A DNA stretch of 64,000 bases from a virus: positions 1 through 64,000 of IMG/VR virus record IMGVR_UViG_3300047157_000126. One strand, written 5' to 3'. The stretch's first letter is position 1. Each line of letters begins with the position of its first letter. A program made the translations under genes and the position numbers. Below, one piece after another: positions 55,886-64,000 of the stretch. The notes under the pieces were generated by a model. That model was not told the DNA's origin and did not search any database. It worked only from the letters and a program-made list of their open reading frames with translations.

Positions 55886-58122
55886 GAGTTGTAGTTGATT
55901 TTTCTAAACCAAAATTAATTTTCAAAGGTGATGGGAATCACGGCTTCCATCCTGTTACTGGAGAAAGTTACTACTTAGGAAATCATCCTGAATATATAAT
56001 GCATGGTAACCATGATGATTCTCACCCTCAAGGTTTTGATAGACCAATGTTTTCTCATTATGGAGATAAAGATGAAGGTACTAAAGGTCAGTGGGGTACT
56101 GGTGAATATGGTGAAAAAGTTTGGAGAGATGAATTTGGTGTTGACCATATGCATGGTATTGATGGTTTAATTAGAAAAGTAGGTTTTAAATTAAAACAAG
56201 CGGGGTCTAAAAAAGACCCTAGAGAAGTTGTTCAAGAAGCCATTCAAAGATACAACGATGAGAAAACTAAGAGAGGAGACGATAATCATACTTTACCACA
56301 TGTAGAATCACATGAATGGCGAAAACTTAAGTTGATGGATTATCAATCTGGAAAAAATAAAGATGAAACTTTAGGAATGAAAATTAGAGGTTCCCATGGT
56401 AGTGAGGAAGCAGGGACAGATAGACACAATCAGTTCGGTACTGTATTTTCAAATAGTAAAGCACACGGTATACTTGGTAGATTTGGTGAAACATACTCAA
56501 TACCAATGGCTCATTTCATTAAAGATATTTTAGTAGAAGACGGTATTCAATTAGGAAAATATGAAGAGGGTATTACTCATCATAATATATCAGTTGATGA
56601 TTTAGCGATTAATTCCAATAATGGGAAGCCTGTTGCTGGTCGTAAAAAAGGAATTTTGGGAGACCAGTTAGGTCCAGAAGGTCAACTATCTGATAAGTTT
56701 CTACAAAGAATGGGCCAAGAAAAATTAGGACAAACAGTTGGTGATATTCATTCTTGGGAGATGATGCGTCATTTACCTGATGTAATGTATTCTACAGGTA
56801 AATCGGGTAGAAATGCTGGGATAGACAAGTTAGCACAAACACTTCTAGAATTAGACCCTAAGAAAATACCACCCGAAGTTTTGAATGAGCCGTTCTTTGC
56901 TGATGCTGGTGGAACTTTTACTCTAGGGCAAGTTATTTCAGATGCAACATTAGCCAATGCAGCAGTTAGAAAATTAAATGAAACACCTGCTGCTTTACAT
57001 CTTCTTATGGGAGACCCAAAACAAGGAATAGCGGGTCAAGTGGTAAACGCATTAAGAGAAAATGTCAATACCCCTGAAGATGCTATGGAGTATAATGATT
57101 TTAGAACCCATATAAGCGCTGGTAAACTAAAGACTAGATATCAATTAGATAGAAGGAAAAAGAGTCACGGCGTTGCTGCCGATTTATACGCCTTTGCAAA
57201 TTTAATGGGTGAATCTGAACAGGGTGGCGGTATTAGTGCTATGAGAGATTTAGATTTTGAACATTCTCAACCTTTACATCCTGATGTAGAAGGGCAAAGA
57301 AGAATGACTGAACAAGTTGCTAGACTCTTATCACATCATCATGGACATACACCAGATAGACCGATTTTATCAGCAGAAGAAATGCCTTCTCGTGCTGTTG
57401 GTTCTAGACTTAGTTCGGGTATTTCTAATCAGGAATTTGGACCACACATTTTAGATAATTATATTCATACAACAAGTCCATCAGTAACTGGTCGAGAATT
57501 CTCAAATACCAATGCTAGTTTTACACCATCAAGTGATAATTCTACAGAAACAAGAACTGCTACAATTAATCCGGCAGCGAGGAAAAAAGTAGCAGTACAA
57601 GAAAGAGCACCTACTCTTGACACTTCTCCTACAATGGCTGATGCGAGACAGGCTTTCCAATATGCTACACCTGAACAAGTACAAAGAGTATATGCAGCCA
57701 GACAGCCTCCGACCCAATATATGGGTGGGGGCCAAAGAACTCCAGATTTCTCTTCTCCTGAAGCGCAAGAGCGTCTTGCAAGATTCCAATCATCTGTTTC
57801 TGACTTAGGACAAGGCAGATTACCACTTACATTCAAAGCAGAAGATACTTCTGTAGAAGATAGACTAATCAAAGCAATGGAGAATCTACAGATTAGAGAT
57901 GCTAGGCTTGATGATAGTGTTCGTAAATTATTACCACAGCAGAAGTTAAGTATCTATAGTGAAGATGATATATCATATATGGCTAGTAAAACTCAAATCA
58001 CAAAAACCGATGTAAAAGCAATTTTACTTTCTAAGGGTGATTGGAACAGAATATCTAAAACATTCAAAATAGACGAAAGTATCATCAAAGCCGTTAAAGT
58101 GGCATTTATGGAGGGATTGTAA
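55882..58122 (+). CDS. Large hypothetical protein, possibly virion-internal
   Basis: 746 aa; LIFKG, LTFKA and LIKA sites flank domains. Confidence 0.6.
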   Translation: MRVVVDFSKPKLIFKGDGNHGFHPVTGESYYLGNHPEYIMHGNHDDSHPQGFDRPMFSHYGDKDEGTKGQWGTGEYGEKVWRDEFGVDHMHGIDGLIRKVGFKLKQAGSKKDPREVVQEAIQRYNDEKTKRGDDNHTLPHVESHEWRKLKLMDYQSGKNKDETLGMKIRGSHGSEEAGTDRHNQFGTVFSNSKAHGILGRFGETYSIPMAHFIKDILVEDGIQLGKYEEGITHHNISVDDLAINSNNGKPVAGRKKGILGDQLGPEGQLSDKFLQRMGQEKLGQTVGDIHSWEMMRHLPDVMYSTGKSGRNAGIDKLAQTLLELDPKKIPPEVLNEPFFADAGGTFTLGQVISDATLANAAVRKLNETPAALHLLMGDPKQGIAGQVVNALRENVNTPEDAMEYNDFRTHISAGKLKTRYQLDRRKKSHGVAADLYAFANLMGESEQGGGISAMRDLDFEHSQPLHPDVEGQRRMTEQVARLLSHHHGHTPDRPILSAEEMPSRAVGSRLSSGISNQEFGPHILDNYIHTTSPSVTGREFSNTNASFTPSSDNSTETRTATINPAARKKVAVQERAPTLDTSPTMADARQAFQYATPEQVQRVYAARQPPTQYMGGGQRTPDFSSPEAQERLARFQSSVSDLGQGRLPLTFKAEDTSVEDRLIKAMENLQIRDARLDDSVRKLLPQQKLSIYSEDDISYMASKTQITKTDVKAILLSKGDWNRISKTFKIDESIIKAVKVAFMEGL

Positions 58123-58190
58123 TCGGTAAAGTTCTGATTCTTAAACAAGGGGGAGCAGCACCAGCAGCAGCAGCCCCTTCCGGTGCTAAT

Positions 58191-58946
58191 ATGTCAAATC
58201 TTTTTGGCTCTTATCTAGGACAAGTATATGGAGATAGATATACTAGAGATAAAAGAAAAGAGATAGACCCTATAGCAACTGCCGCAGAAAAGAAAAGATT
58301 TGATAGAACACAAAGAAATTTAGATAGATTGGCTGTAGGCGCTGGCGCATTATCTGCCGCCCATAATTTTACTAGAAATTTAACAGAGGGTAAATTTAGA
58401 CCGATTTCCGCTTTAGGTTCTGGACAAGCCGCTTACCAAGGTATAAAAGGAACTTTAAATCCTCTTGCTGCTGGAATTGATGATTTTAGAATTAAAAGAA
58501 GAATTAGAAGTACACTGTCACCGCGCTCAGGTTCTGCTACTGCTTCAAAAACATATGTAGAACCAGCAACAGAATATGCGGGAGTAGACCCTGCTATGAT
58601 TAGTGAACGGAGACAAATCAACCCAATAAGAACTCCTTCTTCAGAAGAGCAAAGTTTAGTAGGTGTGTCACCACAACAAAGGGTATTTACACAAAGAGTT
58701 GCAGGTGGGCCTGTAAAAGTTAAACCAAAAGCAGAACCTTCTCCTGAACGTAAAATGACGGAAGAGCAAGTAAAAGTGCTGGCTTCTAATGTTGCCCCTC
58801 CTACTGCTCAATCTAATCTTAATCAGTTTACAGAAAGAGATATGGTGAAAGTCATAAATCAAGATGATGCTGAAGACGCAAGAGAAGAAAAAAGATTGAA
58901 TGCTAAAAACTTAGACGGTTCTCAACAAATACAAGGGAATGTGTGA
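58191..58946 (+). CDS. Hypothetical protein
   Basis: 251 aa; frame is open upstream through ATC at 58122 (IGKVLILKQGG). Confidence 0.6.
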   Translation: MSNLFGSYLGQVYGDRYTRDKRKEIDPIATAAEKKRFDRTQRNLDRLAVGAGALSAAHNFTRNLTEGKFRPISALGSGQAAYQGIKGTLNPLAAGIDDFRIKRRIRSTLSPRSGSATASKTYVEPATEYAGVDPAMISERRQINPIRTPSSEEQSLVGVSPQQRVFTQRVAGGPVKVKPKAEPSPERKMTEEQVKVLASNVAPPTAQSNLNQFTERDMVKVINQDDAEDAREEKRLNAKNLDGSQQIQGNV

Positions 58947-60442
58947 TATTCATGATTGACGATAAAGGTCAAGACATGCAAGATTTCATCAAACAGATGG
59001 ATAGAGAAATGAGTAAAAAATCATTTCAGTATTTTTTTACTGAGATTTTAAAATTTGATTTAAATTGGCATCACGAACAATGGGAGAAGGGTCTTGCTGG
59101 AAGTAGATATTATTGTGTAAAAGCGTCAAGAGACCACGGAAAATCTGTTTTCTTTATGAGTTATGCATTATGGTTAGCAGCATTTAATCCTAATACCCAC
59201 ATTATGATTTTCTCACACTCTTTAGAACAGACTCTTGAGCATATGAGATTTATTAGAAATAACATAGATATGGCAGATTGTTTAAGAGATTTAAAACCTC
59301 AAGGAAAACCTTGGGCTAAATCATATTTCGAGTTTACAAATGGTAGTCGTCTTATGGCTAAGTCAGTTGGTGGTGCTACTCGTGGTTTCCACCCTGACGT
59401 TGTTGTTTGCGACGATATTCTTTGGGGAACTAGTGCTGGTGAATTAGCCAGAACTGCTGATTGGTTTTATGGTGTTTTGTTACCAGTTCTTCACCACAGT
59501 TCTCGTTTGATGATGGTTGGTACACCATTTAGTTACAACGATTTGTATGCGGAATTAGAAAAGAAAGATACCTTTACTGTAGAAACATATCCCGCGATAA
59601 ATCAAGAAGGTGAAGCATTATGGCCCGCTAGATGGAATCTTGAAGCGTTAGATGAAAGACGACTTTCTATGCCAGCAATACAGTTTTCTCGTGAATATCT
59701 ATGTGAACCTATTCACGATGTTGCTAGTATGTTTCCTAATGATATACTAGAAAAAGCCAGAGACCCTGAACTTGTTTTAATTCCGAGAGCAGATACCGCT
59801 TACAATGAGGAGGGTGAGCCTGATGGGATTTACGGGCAACATTTCTTTGGTTGGGACCCTGCGATTTCTTCTGATAAAAACGCTGACTTTACAGCGATGT
59901 TAGGTCTTAGAATAAAACCAGAAAATGACGGTATCAAAGAAATTGTGCATGTAGTACATCAAAAAGGTATGTCTAGTATGGCGCAAAAAAGACAAATTAT
60001 TGCTATAAATAACAAGTTTATGCCAGAGTTGATAGAATTAGAAGGTAATAATTTCCAGCGTATGTTGGCGACTGAACTAAAAGAAATGGCATCTGATATT
60101 CCGGTTAAGACTTTCATGACAACGAAACAAAAGAAGGAGACTATATTCATGTCGTTATTATTGGCATTTGAGCAAGGCCAAATAAAAACGCCTTATGGTA
60201 ATGAAGAATCTCGTAAGTTTACTCATACTCTTGAACAAGAATTAAACAGATTTGGTATGCAGAAAAATGGTAGACTAGAATCTGTGGGTGTTCATGACGA
60301 CTTAGCAATGGGTTTGGCTCTTGCTAATTTTGCAACTAAAGAGTTCAAAGGTAGTGTTGTGCTTCTTGATGATATTTTACCCGGCTTTGATGATTGGCAC
60401 GCAGGTAGAAAACATCGCAATAGTGGTTGGATGATACCATAG
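58943..60442 (+). CDS. terL: Terminase large subunit
   Basis: ASRDHGKS Walker A, VVCDD Walker B, VGTP, FSREYLCEP, GWDPA..DFTA, ELEGN, HDDLAM. Confidence 0.95.
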   Translation: MIFMIDDKGQDMQDFIKQMDREMSKKSFQYFFTEILKFDLNWHHEQWEKGLAGSRYYCVKASRDHGKSVFFMSYALWLAAFNPNTHIMIFSHSLEQTLEHMRFIRNNIDMADCLRDLKPQGKPWAKSYFEFTNGSRLMAKSVGGATRGFHPDVVVCDDILWGTSAGELARTADWFYGVLLPVLHHSSRLMMVGTPFSYNDLYAELEKKDTFTVETYPAINQEGEALWPARWNLEALDERRLSMPAIQFSREYLCEPIHDVASMFPNDILEKARDPELVLIPRADTAYNEEGEPDGIYGQHFFGWDPAISSDKNADFTAMLGLRIKPENDGIKEIVHVVHQKGMSSMAQKRQIIAINNKFMPELIELEGNNFQRMLATELKEMASDIPVKTFMTTKQKKETIFMSLLLAFEQGQIKTPYGNEESRKFTHTLEQELNRFGMQKNGRLESVGVHDDLAMGLALANFATKEFKGSVVLLDDILPGFDDWHAGRKHRNSGWMIP

Positions 60443-60572
60443 AGTTGAAAAAGGAAATAAGATACGAAGGAGAGTGATGTGGATGAATACAACATACATG
60501 GATAGTGAAAATGAGAATACCACTTTTTGGTGGTCATTAAGTAAATAAAGGTCATTCGAGGGGTCAAAGAAT

Positions 60573-61796
60573 ATGTGGGCGAGCGCTTTTTTGGAAGACT
60601 CTTTTTTTGTTAAAGCGGAAAGCAACGAAGAAGTTGTTGAGGTCACTCAAGTGAAAAAATTTTTTTCTAATACTGGCGAAGGTTGGTTTGAAAGTCATCT
60701 AGGTGTTACAGCGAATGAGTTCGTTTCTAGACTTAGAAAAATGCGAAGGAAAAACAAAAATGTTAAGCATGAAATAGATGACATAATTCAAGATGTCAGA
60801 GCATTAAAAAAATTAGAAGTTGAAAGCACATTATCACAAATACCTTGGGCTAATGAAAGATATGATACACTTAGAGGATTAGGGCTTTCAGATAGAGATT
60901 TAAAATCACTTAGAAGATTTTCAGATTCAAGAAAAACTGGTTTAATTAATGCTTGTCAATTATGGGAACAAGCAGATACTTCTCTCAAGACTCTCGATAG
61001 TTTTGAAGATGTATGGGGGCAACATGAAAATCAAACATGGGCTAATGCTATGCAAAATAAAAAAGATGCAAGAAAAATGTGGAAAACAAGTTTACATCAA
61101 ATAGATAAATTAAACTCAAAAGATAGGGAAACTATAGAAAAAGCCAGTTTGGTTTTAACAGAGAGAGGACCTATGAGTAGTAGAGCCATATTTGAACATC
61201 TAAGTGAAAACAATGTTGTACACAAAAGTATGACCAGTAACAAGTTATCAAAATTAATTTCTATGTATGGGGAAGAACTAGACATTACTGCTGGTGCTTC
61301 TAGAGGGACTTTTGTAAAGATGGATAAAAATGGTTTAATTCTAAAAGACCCTTTTGCTTACGCAGCGGGCTTTTTAGACGCTGACGGCTACATCACAATT
61401 ACAGGTAGGGGTGAAGCAAGAGCAGGTTTTGTCGCTACTGGTGATAGAGGTAGAGCACACTGTGAACAATTACACAAAACTTTAGAATGTGGGGTTTTAC
61501 AATTAGACCAAAAAGTCCACAAAAACTCCACTAGAAGTCAACATAGATTACAATTTTATTCAAAAGGTGATGTAGAAAAACTACTAAAAATGATTTTACC
61601 ACATTTACAAATGAAAGATACCCAAGCAAAGGCTGTCTTGCAATATCTCCAAGAGGAAGACCCTCTTCGTAAGACCGAGTTGTTGCGTGTGGTTAGATAC
61701 AATAATTGGAAAGACGACACTCAAAAAGCAGAAAACTTACTATCTCAATGGGAATGCTCCGTAGACGATATTAGTAAATGGTCGGAGGGAATATAA
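60573..61796 (+). CDS. LAGLIDADG endonuclease domain fused to a helical/HTH N-terminal region
   Basis: YAAGFLDADGYI...ILPHLQMK..QA; between terL and portal. Confidence 0.8.
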   Translation: MWASAFLEDSFFVKAESNEEVVEVTQVKKFFSNTGEGWFESHLGVTANEFVSRLRKMRRKNKNVKHEIDDIIQDVRALKKLEVESTLSQIPWANERYDTLRGLGLSDRDLKSLRRFSDSRKTGLINACQLWEQADTSLKTLDSFEDVWGQHENQTWANAMQNKKDARKMWKTSLHQIDKLNSKDRETIEKASLVLTERGPMSSRAIFEHLSENNVVHKSMTSNKLSKLISMYGEELDITAGASRGTFVKMDKNGLILKDPFAYAAGFLDADGYITITGRGEARAGFVATGDRGRAHCEQLHKTLECGVLQLDQKVHKNSTRSQHRLQFYSKGDVEKLLKMILPHLQMKDTQAKAVLQYLQEEDPLRKTELLRVVRYNNWKDDTQKAENLLSQWECSVDDISKWSEGI

Positions 61797-63529
61797 TGGC
61801 TGATGATGATAGTAGAGTTTCTAGATTTATCAGTGCTCTTTCTAGCCCTTTCAAAAGAAGGACTACACCACAACCTCAAATGCCAATGTTGACTACTGGT
61901 ATTCAAGAACCAGTATTAGCACAAGGAATCACACTTCCTGCTCTTTATGCTGTATCTCGTGAAAATTTAATTCTTAGGACGGTTTTAGCAAAATTAAAAC
62001 AAGAGATATTCCGAAGGGGGTATTACTTTGAAAAGAAGTTTGAAACTAAATGTGTAGACTGTGGTGAAGAATATCAACATTCAGTGGATATGTGCAAAGC
62101 CTGTGGGGGTGAAGTAAGGACTCCTGATGTAGATGAGGCTGTATATCCACGTTGGTTATTAAAACAAGAGAACTCTATGGAACAATCTTTTATGCACATT
62201 TTACAAGAAGTAGAAGATGATTTGAATATAGTCGATGATGCTTTCTTAATTTTAGTTAAAGAGTACTTTGTAGACCCAGATACTGGAGAAATACAATTTT
62301 ACAGAGTAAAAGAAATCATAAGAGGTGACCCTATCTTTATGAGAATAGTAGCAGATAAGAGAGGAGTAAGAGGTGGTAGATACAAAGTTTGTGCTATTCA
62401 CAGAGACCAAATTAATTATCCCGGTCAAGATGATGCGTGTCAGGTGTGTGGTTCAAAAATGGAAGATGCACATTATATCAATATGGCTGGTTCTGGAAAA
62501 AATCAATACTATCTTAAGGGAGAAGTTATACACATTTCAAAATATAATCCTAGTAAATTGTATGGAAAATCTCCAGTTAACACTATGTGGAGACAAGCAA
62601 TGTCTCTAACCGCTATGGATAATTACATCTACACCGCTTATCAGAAAAGAAGAATACCAAAAGGAATTATTTCTGTAACTACAGATAATCTAGAATCTAT
62701 GAAATCTTTCTGGAAGTCTGTTGACGAAAAAATGGAAAGAGACCCTCACTATGTTCCTAAAGTGGGTATTGAGAGTTCCACTGGAAGAGGGGGTGTGAAT
62801 TGGGTTAAATTCATGGACACTCTTGAGGAAATGCAGTATATGGCTGTAAGAGACGAAATAAGAAATCGTATAGCAGCATACTTTGGTGTATCATCAGTAT
62901 TTATGATAGATAATGGTAAGTCTGGTGGTTTGAATAATGAGGGTATGCAAATACTAGTAACTAATCGAGCAGTTGAGTTTGGGCAAAAAGTGTATACTGA
63001 AGTTTTATTCCCAAGAATGTTAAGAGAAATGAATGTACATGATTGGAAACTTGCTCTTTATCCTAATGAAGAAGAAGATGAAATCACAAGATTAAGAAGA
63101 GATGAGATGGAAGCAAATCTTGCTCAAAGAATGATGATGTTAGGTTACCAACCTGAATTGTTGGAAGAAGGAAAAAGAGATATTAGGTTTGTCTATAAAA
63201 AATTAGAAACAGGTCAACAACCCGGTGGAGCACCTCCTCCGGGTGGAGCACCTCCTCCGGGTGGAGCACCTCCTGCTGGTGGAGCACCTCCTGCTGGTGT
63301 TCCTCCGGGTGTAATGCAACAAGTAGGAAGAGGTATGCCTCCGGGTGTTGTTAATCCGGGTGGAGAAGGTGTTGGTTTGAGAAATAGAGGACCCGCTAGA
63401 CCTGAACAAAGAGTTTCAGGAGGTGCTGGCTCTCCTTTTTCTAATGTACAACAAAGAGGCCCACAACAAAGACCTGTTGAAAGAGCACAAAGAGGTGTTT
63501 CTGAGGCAAATCGCCCTCGTGGAGCATAA
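61796..63529 (+). CDS. Portal protein with Zn-ribbon insertions and a Pro/Gly-rich tail
   Basis: DLNIVDDAFL, EVIH...LYGKSP, PKGII, RIAAYFGV; CxxC pairs; follows terL. Confidence 0.85.
   Translation: MADDDSRVSRFISALSSPFKRRTTPQPQMPMLTTGIQEPVLAQGITLPALYAVSRENLILRTVLAKLKQEIFRRGYYFEKKFETKCVDCGEEYQHSVDMCKACGGEVRTPDVDEAVYPRWLLKQENSMEQSFMHILQEVEDDLNIVDDAFLILVKEYFVDPDTGEIQFYRVKEIIRGDPIFMRIVADKRGVRGGRYKVCAIHRDQINYPGQDDACQVCGSKMEDAHYINMAGSGKNQYYLKGEVIHISKYNPSKLYGKSPVNTMWRQAMSLTAMDNYIYTAYQKRRIPKGIISVTTDNLESMKSFWKSVDEKMERDPHYVPKVGIESSTGRGGVNWVKFMDTLEEMQYMAVRDEIRNRIAAYFGVSSVFMIDNGKSGGLNNEGMQILVTNRAVEFGQKVYTEVLFPRMLREMNVHDWKLALYPNEEEDEITRLRRDEMEANLAQRMMMLGYQPELLEEGKRDIRFVYKKLETGQQPGGAPPPGGAPPPGGAPPAGGAPPAGVPPGVMQQVGRGMPPGVVNPGGEGVGLRNRGPARPEQRVSGGAGSPFSNVQQRGPQQRPVERAQRGVSEANRPRGA
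63224..63295 (+). repeat. 18-bp tandem repeat x4 encoding GGAPP(P/A)
   Basis: GGTGGAGCACCTCCT(CCG/GCT) x4 in the portal C-terminus. Confidence 0.9.
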
Positions 63530-63560
63530 GAGTAATTAAACAGGTATATCTACGGAGCGA

Positions 63561-63920
63561 GTGAGTAACATGAACCTAACCAAGATGGACTCCTTTGCAA
63601 GAAAGATGAATTTACACGCGAAAGCCTTTTCCGAGGCTCTAGATTTAGGAGATGCTGAGTTAGCAAAATCTCATCTTCAAGAGGTTTTGAAAGTTAGTAA
63701 TTTCTTAAATGATGACTTACATTATGCTATACAAAAATCTGCTGAAGAAAAACATGTTAATGATTTTGCTAACGGAGTTCCTGTAATGAAGTTTAATGAA
63801 AGGGGTACAAACTTTGACACCTCTCAAAGAGATAGAGTTCTCAAAGGTACAGTTATTCCTGCAAGAACTAATTATCAAATGAGAAAGCACTCCGGTACTT
63901 TCGGTGGATGGCAAAAGTAG
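63561..63920 (+). CDS. Hypothetical head-module protein
   Basis: 119 aa, GTG start; AIQKS site. Confidence 0.6.
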   Translation: MSNMNLTKMDSFARKMNLHAKAFSEALDLGDAELAKSHLQEVLKVSNFLNDDLHYAIQKSAEEKHVNDFANGVPVMKFNERGTNFDTSQRDRVLKGTVIPARTNYQMRKHSGTFGGWQK

Positions 63921-63929
63921 GTGCGTTAA

Positions 63930-64000
63930 ATGTCAGAAGAAACCACTGAAGAGCGATTGGTTAATGCTCTTATTACGAAAATGGAATCTATGGAATCTGA
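63930..64000 (+). CDS. Start of next gene (partial)
   Basis: MSEETTEERLVNALITKMESMES, runs off the window. Confidence 0.55.
   Translation, partial: MSEETTEERLVNALITKMESMES

Noticed and set aside
58943-63529. Group I intron or intein associated with the LAGLIDADG ORF
   Set aside because: terL and portal look complete and uninterrupted; no intein N-/C-terminal signatures seen in terL, portal or polB
937-63914. Many short opposite-strand ORFs in the track (e.g. 937-1173, 13158-13496, 18329-18658, 57465-57872)
   Set aside because: Shadows of longer motif-bearing genes on the other strand
1-64000. tRNA or rRNA genes
   Set aside because: No cloverleaf or TpsiC pattern recognised by eye in intergenic regions; tRNAscan-SE would be needed to exclude them

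Overview
This window is a ~64 kb segment of a tailed (Caudoviricetes) archaeal virus, most consistent with a Marine Group II (Poseidoniales) 'magrovirus'. That assignment is inferred from the gene set (group II chaperonin, PolB, PriS-PriL primase, PCNA-like clamp, RFC, XPF nuclease) and GGTGA/GGAGG ribosome-binding sites. Layout: tail-fibre genes on + (1-4260); a long minus-strand arm with a replication/repair module (~4.7-21.4 kb) and many small early/accessory genes (~21.5-40.8 kb); a non-coding repeat-rich strand switch (~40.8-41.35 kb); then a plus-strand arm with small basic/acidic proteins, an HMG-CoA lyase, a membrane/small-GTPase cluster, terminase, LAGLIDADG protein and portal. Main candidate novel features: (1) a family of otherwise unrelated proteins sharing a short 'F-x-x-A-W-x-x-L-K' tag, including a tag-only 14-aa ORF and tag-joined polyproteins with ParB-like, GNAT and ADP-ribosyltransferase-like domains, read as a possible capsid-targeting/protease-processing cargo system; (2) nine copies of a 21-bp TATA-containing element that divide the early arm into cassettes, plus conserved gene-junction repeats; (3) a PEP-synthase-like dikinase next to a Cys-dependent phosphatase; (4) an Arf-like small GTPase in a membrane-protein cluster; (5) a structured RNA leader upstream of the clamp loader. 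All calls come from manual motif reading; no database searches were run.
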